From sequence record SRR31156797_3844: 54,638 bases of DNA. One strand, 5' to 3'. Position 1 is the first letter of the stretch, and the number at the start of each line of letters is the position of its first letter. Shown here in pieces: positions 1 to 9,490 of the stretch. A program made the position numbers and the translations under genes. The notes under the pieces are model-generated. The model worked only from the letters and a program-made list of their open reading frames with translations. It was not told the DNA's origin and made no database searches.

Positions 1-310
1 TATTCTGGAAGAAATTTTTGGAGAAATTGATGATGAGCATGATGTTTCTGAATTGATTGAAAAACAAATCTCAGATCATGAATTTGTTTTTTCCGGCAGA
101 TGGGAAATTGACTACATTAATGATAAGTACAATTTAAATCTTCCTCAATCAGATAATTACGAAACGCTTGCAGGATTCATTCTTCATCATAATGAATCCA
201 TCCCTAAAAATGGAGAAGAAATATCCATTGATCAATTTAAAATGCAAATACAAGTTGCATCAGATAATCGCATTGATTTAATTCATCTAACAATAGAAGG
301 AAACTCCTAA
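1..310 (+). CDS. Hemolysin-family/CNNM (CBS + CorC_HlyC) protein, 3' part only
   Basis: Frame is open from position 2: ILEEIFGEIDDEHD (end of CBS pair), then a CorC_HlyC domain (FSGRWEIDYIN...YETLAGFILH..IP). 5' end lies outside the window. Confidence 0.85.
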   Translation, partial: ILEEIFGEIDDEHDVSELIEKQISDHEFVFSGRWEIDYINDKYNLNLPQSDNYETLAGFILHHNESIPKNGEEISIDQFKMQIQVASDNRIDLIHLTIEGNS

Positions 311-492
311 TTGAAGGGGTTTTCGAAAGCATATTTTTTTGAGATTAAACGTAACTAATTTAGACACAATCCAATTGTTATGTTTTTTTTCTCAAATTCT
401 TTATTCTGTGCGCATCCCCACATCGTGTTATCCAAATTTTTGTATATTCGTAACCTGATTTTTGAAAAATTTAAAATTAACAATAAAACAGA

Positions 493-2586
493 ATGGCAAC
501 ATTAGAGAGAATTAGAAAAAAAGGTGGAATCCTTGTGGCTTTCTTCGTAGGTTTCGCCTTGCTTGCTTTTATATTAACAGATTTCTTTAGCAACAAAGGT
601 GGAGGTACTAACCCAAATGACATTGAAGTTGGTGAAGTGAATGGTACTGTTATATCATATACTGCATACCAAAACGAAATTACCCAAAGTGAAGAGTTTC
701 GCAAAATAAGTTCAAACCAAAGTAGTCTTGACGAAAACACGCAATACCAAATCAGAGAACAAGTTTGGAACCAAATGGTAATGGATGTTATCATGGGTGA
801 AAAATATGAGCAAACAGGTATTGAAGTTACTACCGACGAGGTGTTAGATATGGCTACAGGTAAAAATGTTCACCCTGGAATCCGTCAGATGTTTACGAAC
901 CCACAAACTGGTGTTTTTGACCAATCTGCTGTTCTTAACTTTTTAAGGAATCGTAAAAACGATCCAAGAGCTGAATTTTACTGGCAATTTCTGCAACGCA
1001 GCCTTGTTAATGATAAGTTAAACAGCAAGTACAACAACTTATTCCAAAAAGGTTTTTATGTAACAAAAAGTCAAGTTGAAAGTGAAGCAAATGCTAAGCT
1101 TAGAAATGTAGATTTTGACTTTGTAGCTGTAAAATACACTACTATTCCAGACAGTACTGTAGAGATTTCTAACAGCGAAATCAGTGCTTATTATAGTAAT
1201 AATAAAGAAGACTTTAAACAAGCTGCCGAAAGAACTATTCAGTATGTTTCTTACGTTGTAAATCCTTCAGAAGAAGATAAAGAATTAGCTGAGAAATGGA
1301 TTACTGAAATTAAGTCTGAATTTGCCAGCGAAAACACAAATGCAGCTCAGTTTGTAACCATGAATTCGGATATTCCTTATCAGGATAAAAACTTAAAATT
1401 AGAAGACGTACGTTTATCTTTAAAAGAGTTTGCTGAAAATGGTAAAGAAGGAGATGTTTACGGTCCTTACCTTGAAGATAACGCTTATAAGTTAAGCCGT
1501 ATTATCAGTGTTAAACAAATGCCTGATTCAGTTAAAGCTCGTCACATTTTAATTCAGGAACAAGATCCAACAAAAGGAAATGCTGTTGCTGATAGCTTAA
1601 TGGCTTTAATTAACAAAGGAGCTGACTTTGCTAAACTAGCCAGAGAAAACTCTAAAGATACAGGATCTGCTATCAACGGAGGTGATTTAAACTGGTTCAA
1701 AGAAGGAGCCATGGTTAAACCTTTTAATGATGCATGTTTCAATGAAAAAAAAGGAGATGTTATTAAAGTTGAAACTCAATTTGGAGTTCACATTATCGAA
1801 ATACAGGCTGTAGGTAAACTTGTTACTAAGTACAACATTGCAACCCTTGCTCGTGAAATCAAGTACAGTTCAAAAACTTATCAGCAGATATATTCTCAAG
1901 CCAATAAATTTGCAGCTACTAACAATACTGCAGCCAAGTTTAAAGAAGGCATCAAAACAGAGAACTTAACTCCTCGTTTTGCAACATTGAGAGCTTCTGA
2001 CAGAAATGTAAATGGTTTAGAAAGCTCAAGACGCCTTATCCAATGGGCTTTTGAAGCAGAAGTAAACGATATGTCTCCAACAATCTATGAATTTGGAAAC
2101 CAATTTGTAATTGCTGTAGTTACCGAAGCTACTGAAGAAGGATATCAGAACGTTGATTCTAAATCTGTTCAAAGCAAGATTAAAGCTATTTTAGCAAAAG
2201 ATAAAAAAGCAGAAATCATCATTAAGAAAATGAAAGAAGCTATTGCTTCAAGCCAAAGTTTATCTTCAGTTGCTCAAAAAATGGAAAGTAAAGTTCAATC
2301 TGCAACGAACATTAACTTTGCATCATTCCAGATTCCTGGAGCCGGAGCTGAGCATGCTTTAATTGCACTTGCTTCTCTAAGCGATGTAGATAAAATTTCG
2401 ATTCCTGCTAAAGGAAATAACGCAGTATATGTTGTTAAAGTTACTTCTGAAAGTGTAAACGACACACCAGATTTAGAAGGAACTGAGTCAATGCTTCTAC
2501 AAACAAACAGAAGCAAAACATATCGCTTAACACCTTCTATTAAAGAAGCTGCTGAAGTTAAAGATGAAAGATTAAAATATTTCTAG
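493..2586 (+). CDS. ppiD: PpiD/SurA-like periplasmic chaperone, parvulin-type peptidyl-prolyl isomerase
   Basis: N-terminal MATLERIR plus TM anchor, SurA_N-like region, rotamase motifs VKARHILI, FAKLARENSKD, GGDLNWF, MVKPF, ETQFGVHII; 697 aa. Confidence 0.85.
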   Translation: MATLERIRKKGGILVAFFVGFALLAFILTDFFSNKGGGTNPNDIEVGEVNGTVISYTAYQNEITQSEEFRKISSNQSSLDENTQYQIREQVWNQMVMDVIMGEKYEQTGIEVTTDEVLDMATGKNVHPGIRQMFTNPQTGVFDQSAVLNFLRNRKNDPRAEFYWQFLQRSLVNDKLNSKYNNLFQKGFYVTKSQVESEANAKLRNVDFDFVAVKYTTIPDSTVEISNSEISAYYSNNKEDFKQAAERTIQYVSYVVNPSEEDKELAEKWITEIKSEFASENTNAAQFVTMNSDIPYQDKNLKLEDVRLSLKEFAENGKEGDVYGPYLEDNAYKLSRIISVKQMPDSVKARHILIQEQDPTKGNAVADSLMALINKGADFAKLARENSKDTGSAINGGDLNWFKEGAMVKPFNDACFNEKKGDVIKVETQFGVHIIEIQAVGKLVTKYNIATLAREIKYSSKTYQQIYSQANKFAATNNTAAKFKEGIKTENLTPRFATLRASDRNVNGLESSRRLIQWAFEAEVNDMSPTIYEFGNQFVIAVVTEATEEGYQNVDSKSVQSKIKAILAKDKKAEIIIKKMKEAIASSQSLSSVAQKMESKVQSATNINFASFQIPGAGAEHALIALASLSDVDKISIPAKGNNAVYVVKVTSESVNDTPDLEGTESMLLQTNRSKTYRLTPSIKEAAEVKDERLKYF

Positions 2587-2610
2587 TAATATTTCACCTT
2601 ATACAAAAAG

Positions 2611-2645
2611 GCCTTCGAAACTTAGATTTCGAAGGCTTTTTTTTT
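2611..2645 (+). terminator. Rho-independent terminator of ppiD
   Basis: Perfect 10-bp stem GCCTTCGAAA / TTTCGAAGGC, 6-nt loop, followed by T9. Confidence 0.9.
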
Positions 2646-2924
2646 GCCTCATTAAAGACCTATATTCATTCTTCTTTCTAAAAACATACTTGTTGGTACC
2701 TCCGCCCTACAACCTGCAATAAAAATAGGCTAAATAATGACAACTAAACACAAACCTCTAAAGATTGAAATCAATCCTTTTTCACTCTAGATATAAATCA
2801 AAATCAACCATAGAATATTACACTTAGAATTAACCACCACAGCTCCCTAAAATCACAAATTTGCAATTCTAATATTGATTTAAAGACTTGCCATTCACTT
2901 ATTCAATTCTCTACATTTATAAAC

Positions 2925-2952
2925 AAAAAAAGGCAGCCAAACTGGCTGCCTT
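2925..2952 (-). terminator. Rho-independent terminator of the PPi-PEPCK gene
   Basis: Stem AAGGCAGCCA / TGGCTGCCTT preceded by an A-run (U-tract on the minus strand), 22 nt after the stop codon. Confidence 0.9.
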
Positions 2953-2974
2953 AAAATATAGTAGATTGCTATAA

Positions 2975-5900
2975 TTACTTTTTATACAAAGGATCTGCTC
3001 CAATAGTACCTGTAATATCAGAAATATAAGAATCTGACTTCACATAAGCTAATCTATCTTTTGCAATAGAAATTCTATTAGCGATGTTCATTTGCTCCAC
3101 AAGAAGTGCATTCTCTGATTGAGCTGCGAAAGTTTCTAAATCAGCTAATTGTTTTGATGTAAACTCAATTTCTTTAGCTTGTTTTAGAGCCAAACGCTCT
3201 TTATACCAATCACTCTCAATTACATATTCTCTTTCGAAGTACTTACGTAATTCTGGATCGCTGATCTCTTTTCCTTCAAACTCACCGTATGCCATAATAT
3301 GAAGAAGAATCTTCAATGGAGGAACAGCTGCTTCAACACTTCCATCTTCGAAATAGGCTAGAGCCACTTTCTTCTGAGCTTCAACGATATTATTGATACC
3401 ATCAACAAAATCTTCCATTCCTTGAAGTTCCGGCTTAAGCATTTCTTCGCTAAATACAGCTTGAGGCTCATCAAACAGACGGTTCATACATCTAAATGCA
3501 AAGTTATCTGTAATACGATATCCCAAACGACTTGCCATTACTTTTTGCCCTTCATACTCGAAATCATCTAGCTTTTCTAAACATCCGGTTTCAATTAATA
3601 ACTTAGGATCTCTATCCTCTGGTACTAAACGAGCCCAAATTTCAGGAATAAGAAGACTGATATCGTGATCAAAACGACTCTTACCTACATACCCAGCTGC
3701 AGAACTGAATCCTTGATATTCTGTTAAGATATATGACAATAAAGCATTATTCAAATCAGATGTTGGCGCTAGCATGTTAAAAGGACCTTTAGTTAAAGCA
3801 CCCTCTGAACCCGCACCTGTTGTTGATGGAGATTTACCTGTTAAACTACAGATAAAGTCCATAAATAATTCTGGTAATTCCTGATAATGAATTGGGTTGT
3901 AAACACTCAATGGTCTGATACCATTTTCTTTATCAACCGGATTATTTCTACGTCCTGGCAATACTGCATTTACAGTAGTTACTACAGGCTCATCTGTTTT
4001 AATTCTTCTTCTTAAACGAACACCTACATCAGCCAAATAACTATCTTCTGTTTCAACAGCATAGATATTTTTCTCTAAGTAACGTGGATTTTTAGTAGGT
4101 CCGTCAGCTACAATACGCGTATGCGAAGGAGTTACAAAATACCCGTCTTTTTCACTTTCAGCAACTTTTGCAATCAAGTCTTTAACTGGTTGTGTATACT
4201 TATCAAAATTAATAGCATCTTCTATTAACTCAATAGCATCTGCTTTTCGCAAAGGCTCGTAGTTTGTTAAAAATGTTCCTGGCTGAACAATATCTAACTC
4301 TGCACCAACATCATACCCTCTGATTACTGCCTCATCCGGACGTTGAAATAAGTGGCTTTCACAGTTTTTAGTAATCTTAACACTTGGGTTAGTATACTCA
4401 GGATTTAAGTGCTGAATTTTATTCGCAGGTAAAACAATAGAAGCGGTAATATCATCTTCCATTTGAATTTTATGACTAGGAACAAAGTCAGAACGTAACT
4501 TATGCACTAACCAATTACCATCCTGGCTAAATCCAATACGTACGTATGAACCAATAACCGGATTGTTTTTATACATTAAAGTTGTACCCTTACGACCATT
4601 TACAAATTCAACAGTCATATAATCTTTCCAGTTACCTGTTTCTTTATCGTTTCTGTAAAGACGTTTTACAAATAACACTAAAGTACGAATATGCTCAGGA
4701 ATATTTTTCAAAAACTCATTGTACTCATCATTATACTGCTCCGAAGGAGTTAGCAACTTAACTGCAGAACCTAAAGTACGCTTTGGACTTAAGAAACTAC
4801 GGGTATCATGTGTAGCTGCGTCAGGCTTATGGTTTTTCCAACGATTAGAGTAATCTTTATTGATAATCTCATCCGCTAATTTAAAGTCTTCCTCTAAGTT
4901 CTGAATGTTGAATGTTCCATATTTAATAGCATTCTGAAGAGACTTAGAAATTTCTGACTTACCACCACCTGACACTGTACATGGCTTGTGACAGAACATT
5001 CCTTCTGCATTAGTATGTACAATTCTCCATAGTGGCTGAGCCGGGTGCTTCACCAATTGAAACTTATCTCCAGAAGGATGAACATAAATTTTATTTGGAG
5101 ATAACTTTAACGCAAACTCACTTCCGTTGTTATCCCAGCTAACAGCTGATTTCTGAATATCGATATCCGCAGTTTCAGGGATATAAATAATATCAGTGTA
5201 TTTTTTATCGATAGCATAGCCTTCAGGCTTCACTTCTACTCTATCAGCTAAAAGAGTCATTGCCTCTTTAAAGCTATAAGCATACTCAAACTTAGAAGAG
5301 AAATCTTTTCCGAAAACATTTTCGCTCATAATTCCACGAGGGAATGCAACAGCACCACCGGCATGCTCTTCTTCTACTAATCCATAAAGGTTAGCCGAAT
5401 ATCCAATTTGAGTTTTTACTTCTTTTTTAGAATAACCGTAGTAGTTATCTGCAATAAGTGTAATAACCACACCTCTTTCATCTCTACAAGTTATTTTAAA
5501 GGCGCCTCCTTCATTGTAAAGCTCATCTTCTTTCTCCCAGCACATACCGTCTCTTTTCTGACGATCTGTAGCTTCTGAGATATGAGGAAGACCAACATCT
5601 TTTTTCTTTAAGCTTGTTAATTGTGGAGCTAAAATCACACAACCGGTATGACCTGTCCAGTGCTCAACATCAAGAGCTGCATCATTTTGAGCCAGGTTAT
5701 GATCTCCTGCATTTCCAAAAATATTTTCAACGAAATCAAGGTTACTAGCTAAACAACCAGGAGCAAAGAAACGAATCTCCATACTCTTCTCCTCAATTAC
5801 ACCATCTACTTTAGGACACACAACAGGACGCATCAATAATGACAACATCACTTTTGCCTGATCCTCCTGATTAGATGTAAAAGGTAAAGTTTTGTATTTT

Positions 5901-6457
5901 TCTGGTGGGTTTAATGCCGCATTTAGTAAATGCGCAAATGCTACCTGAGGTACTGATTTTTTATCCAATGGAATTGGTAATCCACCTTCTACAATATGGA
6001 AAGTACCTTTGGTTGTCCTTTTATCATGAACCGGGTTATTAAGAATCCCTTGCTTAACCCTGTGAGAGGTTACCAATTCATTCTTAAAGGTGTCGCCATT
6101 AGGTGGCAAACTAATTTCACGAGCCAATCCTTTTTGGTTCAGCACAAATGTGTTGTTAGGAATACGTAGTGATTTATCAATTTTTACATCTTTAAGATAA
6201 TCATCGATAAAATTTTGTATTCTCGTATCAACCGGAGAAAGGTGATCAGACAACAATCTTGATTTTTCTCTAAAACTACTGATAAGTCCTTCGGTTAAAT
6301 CAAGGAACTTTGCATTCGACAGCTTTTTTTGGGCATCCGTTTCATCCTGAAACAGAGGTTGACCAAGTGCAGCCAATTGAAGGTTGATGTACTGGATCAT
6401 ATCCTTACGATCCTTCTTGGTTGGTTTTAAGTTGAATACTTCCTCTTTCATTATCAT
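2975..6457 (-). CDS. Pyrophosphate-dependent phosphoenolpyruvate carboxykinase (PPi-PEPCK, PEP carboxytransphosphorylase)
   Basis: 1160 aa. Motifs I recognise from the PPi-PEPCK family: QGILNNP..DKRTTKG.FH, ADNYYGYSKKEVKTQI, EEEHAGGA, P-loop-like HKPCTVSGGGKSEISK, LFQRPDEA, SLTGKSPSTTGAGSEGALTKGPFN. Confidence 0.85.
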   Translation of the reverse strand: MIMKEEVFNLKPTKKDRKDMIQYINLQLAALGQPLFQDETDAQKKLSNAKFLDLTEGLISSFREKSRLLSDHLSPVDTRIQNFIDDYLKDVKIDKSLRIPNNTFVLNQKGLAREISLPPNGDTFKNELVTSHRVKQGILNNPVHDKRTTKGTFHIVEGGLPIPLDKKSVPQVAFAHLLNAALNPPEKYKTLPFTSNQEDQAKVMLSLLMRPVVCPKVDGVIEEKSMEIRFFAPGCLASNLDFVENIFGNAGDHNLAQNDAALDVEHWTGHTGCVILAPQLTSLKKKDVGLPHISEATDRQKRDGMCWEKEDELYNEGGAFKITCRDERGVVITLIADNYYGYSKKEVKTQIGYSANLYGLVEEEHAGGAVAFPRGIMSENVFGKDFSSKFEYAYSFKEAMTLLADRVEVKPEGYAIDKKYTDIIYIPETADIDIQKSAVSWDNNGSEFALKLSPNKIYVHPSGDKFQLVKHPAQPLWRIVHTNAEGMFCHKPCTVSGGGKSEISKSLQNAIKYGTFNIQNLEEDFKLADEIINKDYSNRWKNHKPDAATHDTRSFLSPKRTLGSAVKLLTPSEQYNDEYNEFLKNIPEHIRTLVLFVKRLYRNDKETGNWKDYMTVEFVNGRKGTTLMYKNNPVIGSYVRIGFSQDGNWLVHKLRSDFVPSHKIQMEDDITASIVLPANKIQHLNPEYTNPSVKITKNCESHLFQRPDEAVIRGYDVGAELDIVQPGTFLTNYEPLRKADAIELIEDAINFDKYTQPVKDLIAKVAESEKDGYFVTPSHTRIVADGPTKNPRYLEKNIYAVETEDSYLADVGVRLRRRIKTDEPVVTTVNAVLPGRRNNPVDKENGIRPLSVYNPIHYQELPELFMDFICSLTGKSPSTTGAGSEGALTKGPFNMLAPTSDLNNALLSYILTEYQGFSSAAGYVGKSRFDHDISLLIPEIWARLVPEDRDPKLLIETGCLEKLDDFEYEGQKVMASRLGYRITDNFAFRCMNRLFDEPQAVFSEEMLKPELQGMEDFVDGINNIVEAQKKVALAYFEDGSVEAAVPPLKILLHIMAYGEFEGKEISDPELRKYFEREYVIESDWYKERLALKQAKEIEFTSKQLADLETFAAQSENALLVEQMNIANRISIAKDRLAYVKSDSYISDITGTIGADPLYKK

Positions 6458-6487
6458 TTGAATTTATAAAGTCTTCTTAATCGATCA

Positions 6488-6495
6488 CAAAAATA
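6488..6495 (-). promoter_or_regulatory. Bacteroidota housekeeping -7 promoter element (TATTTTTG)
   Basis: Matches the TAnnTTTG consensus on the minus strand, about 30 nt upstream of the ATG at 6457. Confidence 0.55.
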
Positions 6496-6800
6496 ATCAA
6501 TTAAAGATATTTTTCTTCATTTAAATATAAAATAATCCTTAAGAGTTCATGTTTTGTAATTAAAAACCCCTATAAAATCTACGATTTGAAATTAAAACAG
6601 GTTTAAAAACATACTTTCTTAAAAAATGTAAAGAACTTCGTTTACAATTTGTTATTTTGATAGTATTACTATCATTTTCGACAAACCTAAGCATAAAATT
6701 GTAATAATTAAAACAATCCTCTTTTTTTTCGAAAACATAAATTTAATGCTATTTATTCAGCTAGTAAATACCTAATATTTGTGATTTCAATCTATCACAC

Positions 6801-6832
6801 AAAAAAAAAGGAACACTTAACGTATTCCTTTT
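6801..6832 (-). terminator. Probable terminator of the DUF4494 gene
   Basis: AAAAGGAA-CAC...GTA-TTCCTTTT hairpin next to an A9 run (U-tract on the minus strand). Confidence 0.65.
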
Positions 6833-6865
6833 ATTATAATTTCTTATCCTAAATAATATGGATGC

Positions 6866-7399
6866 TTATTCTAAAACGATATTATCGCCTTCTATATTGT
6901 TTTCCTTTCTTTCTGCCTCAAATTCAGCTAAAGGTTTTAAATTATCTGGGATAGGTTCATTCACCTCATCTTTAAAATAAGGAAATACGTCAGCAATATT
7001 ACTTTCAATAATAGCTGTAATATCATAATCAACCGTCATTCCACTCATTGATTCATGAATTCGCTCATAGGCTTCTTTTAAATCTGAAGCCAACACTAAC
7101 ATTTGATTAGCCACTTTCTTTTCTTTACCGGCCTCTTCATCAATAGAAACAAAAACAACTTTACATTTATACCATTTGTCACCATCATCATAAAAAAACA
7201 AATCGGTATAATTAGCTTTTTTTATAGAAGGAACAGAAAATTCTCCGGAAACATATTGCTCCATTTCTGCATGAATTCTACTTTCTGCCTCGGTATATGA
7301 AACGGCGTCAATCAGGTAAGGTAAATTCACTTTTTTTTGTTTACCTGTTTGCTCATCTATCTTCTCGTATTTTACTTTGCACTCAAACCACGTATTCAT
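6866..7399 (-). CDS. DUF4494 family protein
   Basis: WFECKVKYEK...YLIDAVSYTEAESRI...KWYKCKV.F...DE..GKEKK...LVLA pattern typical of this Bacteroidota family. Confidence 0.85.
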   Translation of the reverse strand: MNTWFECKVKYEKIDEQTGKQKKVNLPYLIDAVSYTEAESRIHAEMEQYVSGEFSVPSIKKANYTDLFFYDDGDKWYKCKVVFVSIDEEAGKEKKVANQMLVLASDLKEAYERIHESMSGMTVDYDITAIIESNIADVFPYFKDEVNEPIPDNLKPLAEFEAERKENNIEGDNIVLE

Positions 7400-7433
7400 C
7401 TTTCGTTATATTAAATTTTTCTATAAGGATGAA

Positions 7434-7441
7434 CAAAGATA
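7434..7441 (-). promoter_or_regulatory. Bacteroidota -7 promoter element (TATCTTTG)
   Basis: Exact TAnnTTTG on the minus strand, about 35 nt upstream of the ATG at 7399. Confidence 0.6.
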
Positions 7442-7654
7442 ATCAGCTAGCTTTCAAAAAAAAATGCTACTTAAATAATTATTTCAACCCCAACCTATCC
7501 TACTGTATTCATGCATATTAAACACATCCAAAACTATCATCCATCGTCCCTTTCGAATTTTTCCTTAGAAAATTCACTTTTTATATACGTGTAATAAACT
7601 ATTGAATTGTCATACCTAACGAAACCTGCTTTATAAGCAAAACAGAATACTAAG

Positions 7655-7894
7655 ATGAAGCAAGAAACAATTAGAAGAAACTTATATAAAGTTTTAAGAA
7701 AAACAGGAGTACCCAGAAATAAAATTGTTGAGGACGCGGCTTTAAAAGAGGAGTTATTGATGGACGATGTGGATTTAACTTGTTTTTTATTCTTATTGGA
7801 AACTAAATTTCAACTTGAGATTGAAAACTCTGAGTTAAAACAACTTTCATCAGTTGGTTCAACAATTGAGTACTTACAGAAACATTGCGCCTAA
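7655..7894 (+). CDS. Acyl-carrier-protein-like protein lacking the conserved Ser
   Basis: 79 aa with an ACP-like pattern DAALKEELLMDDVDL...LETKFQLEI...LSSVGSTIEYL. The canonical DSLD site reads DDVD. Confidence 0.75.
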   Translation: MKQETIRRNLYKVLRKTGVPRNKIVEDAALKEELLMDDVDLTCFLFLLETKFQLEIENSELKQLSSVGSTIEYLQKHCA

Positions 7895-7933
7895 TACATT
7901 CGATGTCAGATTACAAATAACAATTAAACCAAG

Positions 7934-9451
7934 CTAAGGCTTGGTTTTTTTAGGTTTAGGCACCACATTAATATCCACTACACTGGCTTTAAACACTTTT
8001 TCCAGATCTTCTTCAGGTTTAATAACGTTATAATTATTCCAAAAATCCGGATCGTAGTCCACTATTTCTTTTGCTAAAACGTAATTTGGTTTAAATGATT
8101 CCGAATATTTAATACGTCTTCCTGCTGCAGCCTCTGAATCCGTTATAATCATTTCTGCCGTTGCTAAGTATTCAGACTTGACTTTATTTCTTTTATCATG
8201 AATTCGAATAATTAGCTCTCCGCTAACCCGGTTCAAAATCCATTTAGTATTATATGCTCTATAATCAATATAATAGTGTGTAAATACCGGAGACGACTTC
8301 ACTTTTTTAGCCTGCTTTTGAATCAGGTATTTTTCACTTTGTCGCAAAGTTCGCTTGGTCATGCTGAATTCGGCACATATCAAGGCAAATGATTCAACAT
8401 CAAAATACAAATCTCCTTCATAATAAATATCTTCTAACTCAACCACAGGTTTAAATCCCACTTTATAAACAACCCTATCCTGAATAACTTCCTTTCCTTT
8501 ATTCATATAGAAGTAGTTTTTATCATTGGCTTCAGAAATAAAATCCAGATGCTTGGCAACATCTATTCTTGAAAACAAAACTGGTCCTCCTGCCAATCGG
8601 AGCCTTGCATAAGAAACATGGGTATCTTCAACCCGCTTTCGCCCTCTTACAAATCGAACTTTTTCATTATCAAAAGTCTTTAAATATGAACTTTTATAAA
8701 TATCTAATATGGCCTCCGAGGCTTCTATAAACTTACCGTCCTGACGAATAGTTTCCCTAAAAAATGCAGTATGTAAGGCTGATTCTACCGGATAATTCTT
8801 CTCTTTATTCTTTAAAAAATTCTTGACAATATCATCAGCAGACAGATAACGAACTTCCACCTGTTTTAATCGGACCGTTTGTGGATCAAGAGATATTTGC
8901 ACAATTGTATCTTCATCAGGAATAGTCATACTATCTGCCTTAAAACCAATAGACGAAAAGTAAATCTTTTTGCCGATGAATTTTTCAGGTATTAAAAACT
9001 CAAATTGACCTTCCATATTTGTTGTTGTCCCTATTGGTTCATCCTTTAAAGCCAAATTGACCAGAGGCAGCAGTTGATCATTTTTTGCAGAAACCACTAC
9101 TCCTGACAGTGAAATAAAATCTTTTACAAATACCTCTCTTTGATATGTTGTAATGATTATTTGCCTATCGACGGATTCAAACCCTACATGATGGTTCTTA
9201 AAGATGATGCTCAACACCTCCTCTAAACTTAGTTTATCAAAAGCGGCTACAATAGATGAATCTGAGGGAATAATAGAAGGATCGTAAGAAAAGTCTACAT
9301 TATAATTCTGATGAATTGAATCTAAGAATGCATGAATTTTAATATGTGGATATTGCACAGAAACCAATTCATCAAGTACTTCTTGCGCCCATCCCAGATG
9401 AGACACAAAGAACATTGGCCATATGCAAAAAAAGATTTTAAAAAACTTCAT
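7934..9451 (-). CDS. Secreted protein with STN-like and carboxypeptidase-regulatory-like domains
   Basis: Signal peptide; STN-like segment (FLDSIHQNYNVDFSYDPS...LEEVLSIIF); CarboxypepD_reg-like (SGVVVSAK...IGTTTNMEGQFEF...FSSIGFK); C-terminal AFFRE...YDPDFWNNYNVIKP domain. Too short for a TonB-dependent barrel. Confidence 0.7.
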   Translation of the reverse strand: MKFFKIFFCIWPMFFVSHLGWAQEVLDELVSVQYPHIKIHAFLDSIHQNYNVDFSYDPSIIPSDSSIVAAFDKLSLEEVLSIIFKNHHVGFESVDRQIIITTYQREVFVKDFISLSGVVVSAKNDQLLPLVNLALKDEPIGTTTNMEGQFEFLIPEKFIGKKIYFSSIGFKADSMTIPDEDTIVQISLDPQTVRLKQVEVRYLSADDIVKNFLKNKEKNYPVESALHTAFFRETIRQDGKFIEASEAILDIYKSSYLKTFDNEKVRFVRGRKRVEDTHVSYARLRLAGGPVLFSRIDVAKHLDFISEANDKNYFYMNKGKEVIQDRVVYKVGFKPVVELEDIYYEGDLYFDVESFALICAEFSMTKRTLRQSEKYLIQKQAKKVKSSPVFTHYYIDYRAYNTKWILNRVSGELIIRIHDKRNKVKSEYLATAEMIITDSEAAAGRRIKYSESFKPNYVLAKEIVDYDPDFWNNYNVIKPEEDLEKVFKASVVDINVVPKPKKTKP

Positions 9452-9490
9452 TCCGTTGTCAATAATTATAAATATACCAATTTATGACAA

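Noticed and set aside
6458-6800. Long AT-rich region upstream of PPi-PEPCK as a riboswitch or ncRNA
   Set aside because: No recognisable conserved RNA motif or strong structure, and the likely promoter lies only about 30 nt from the start codon.
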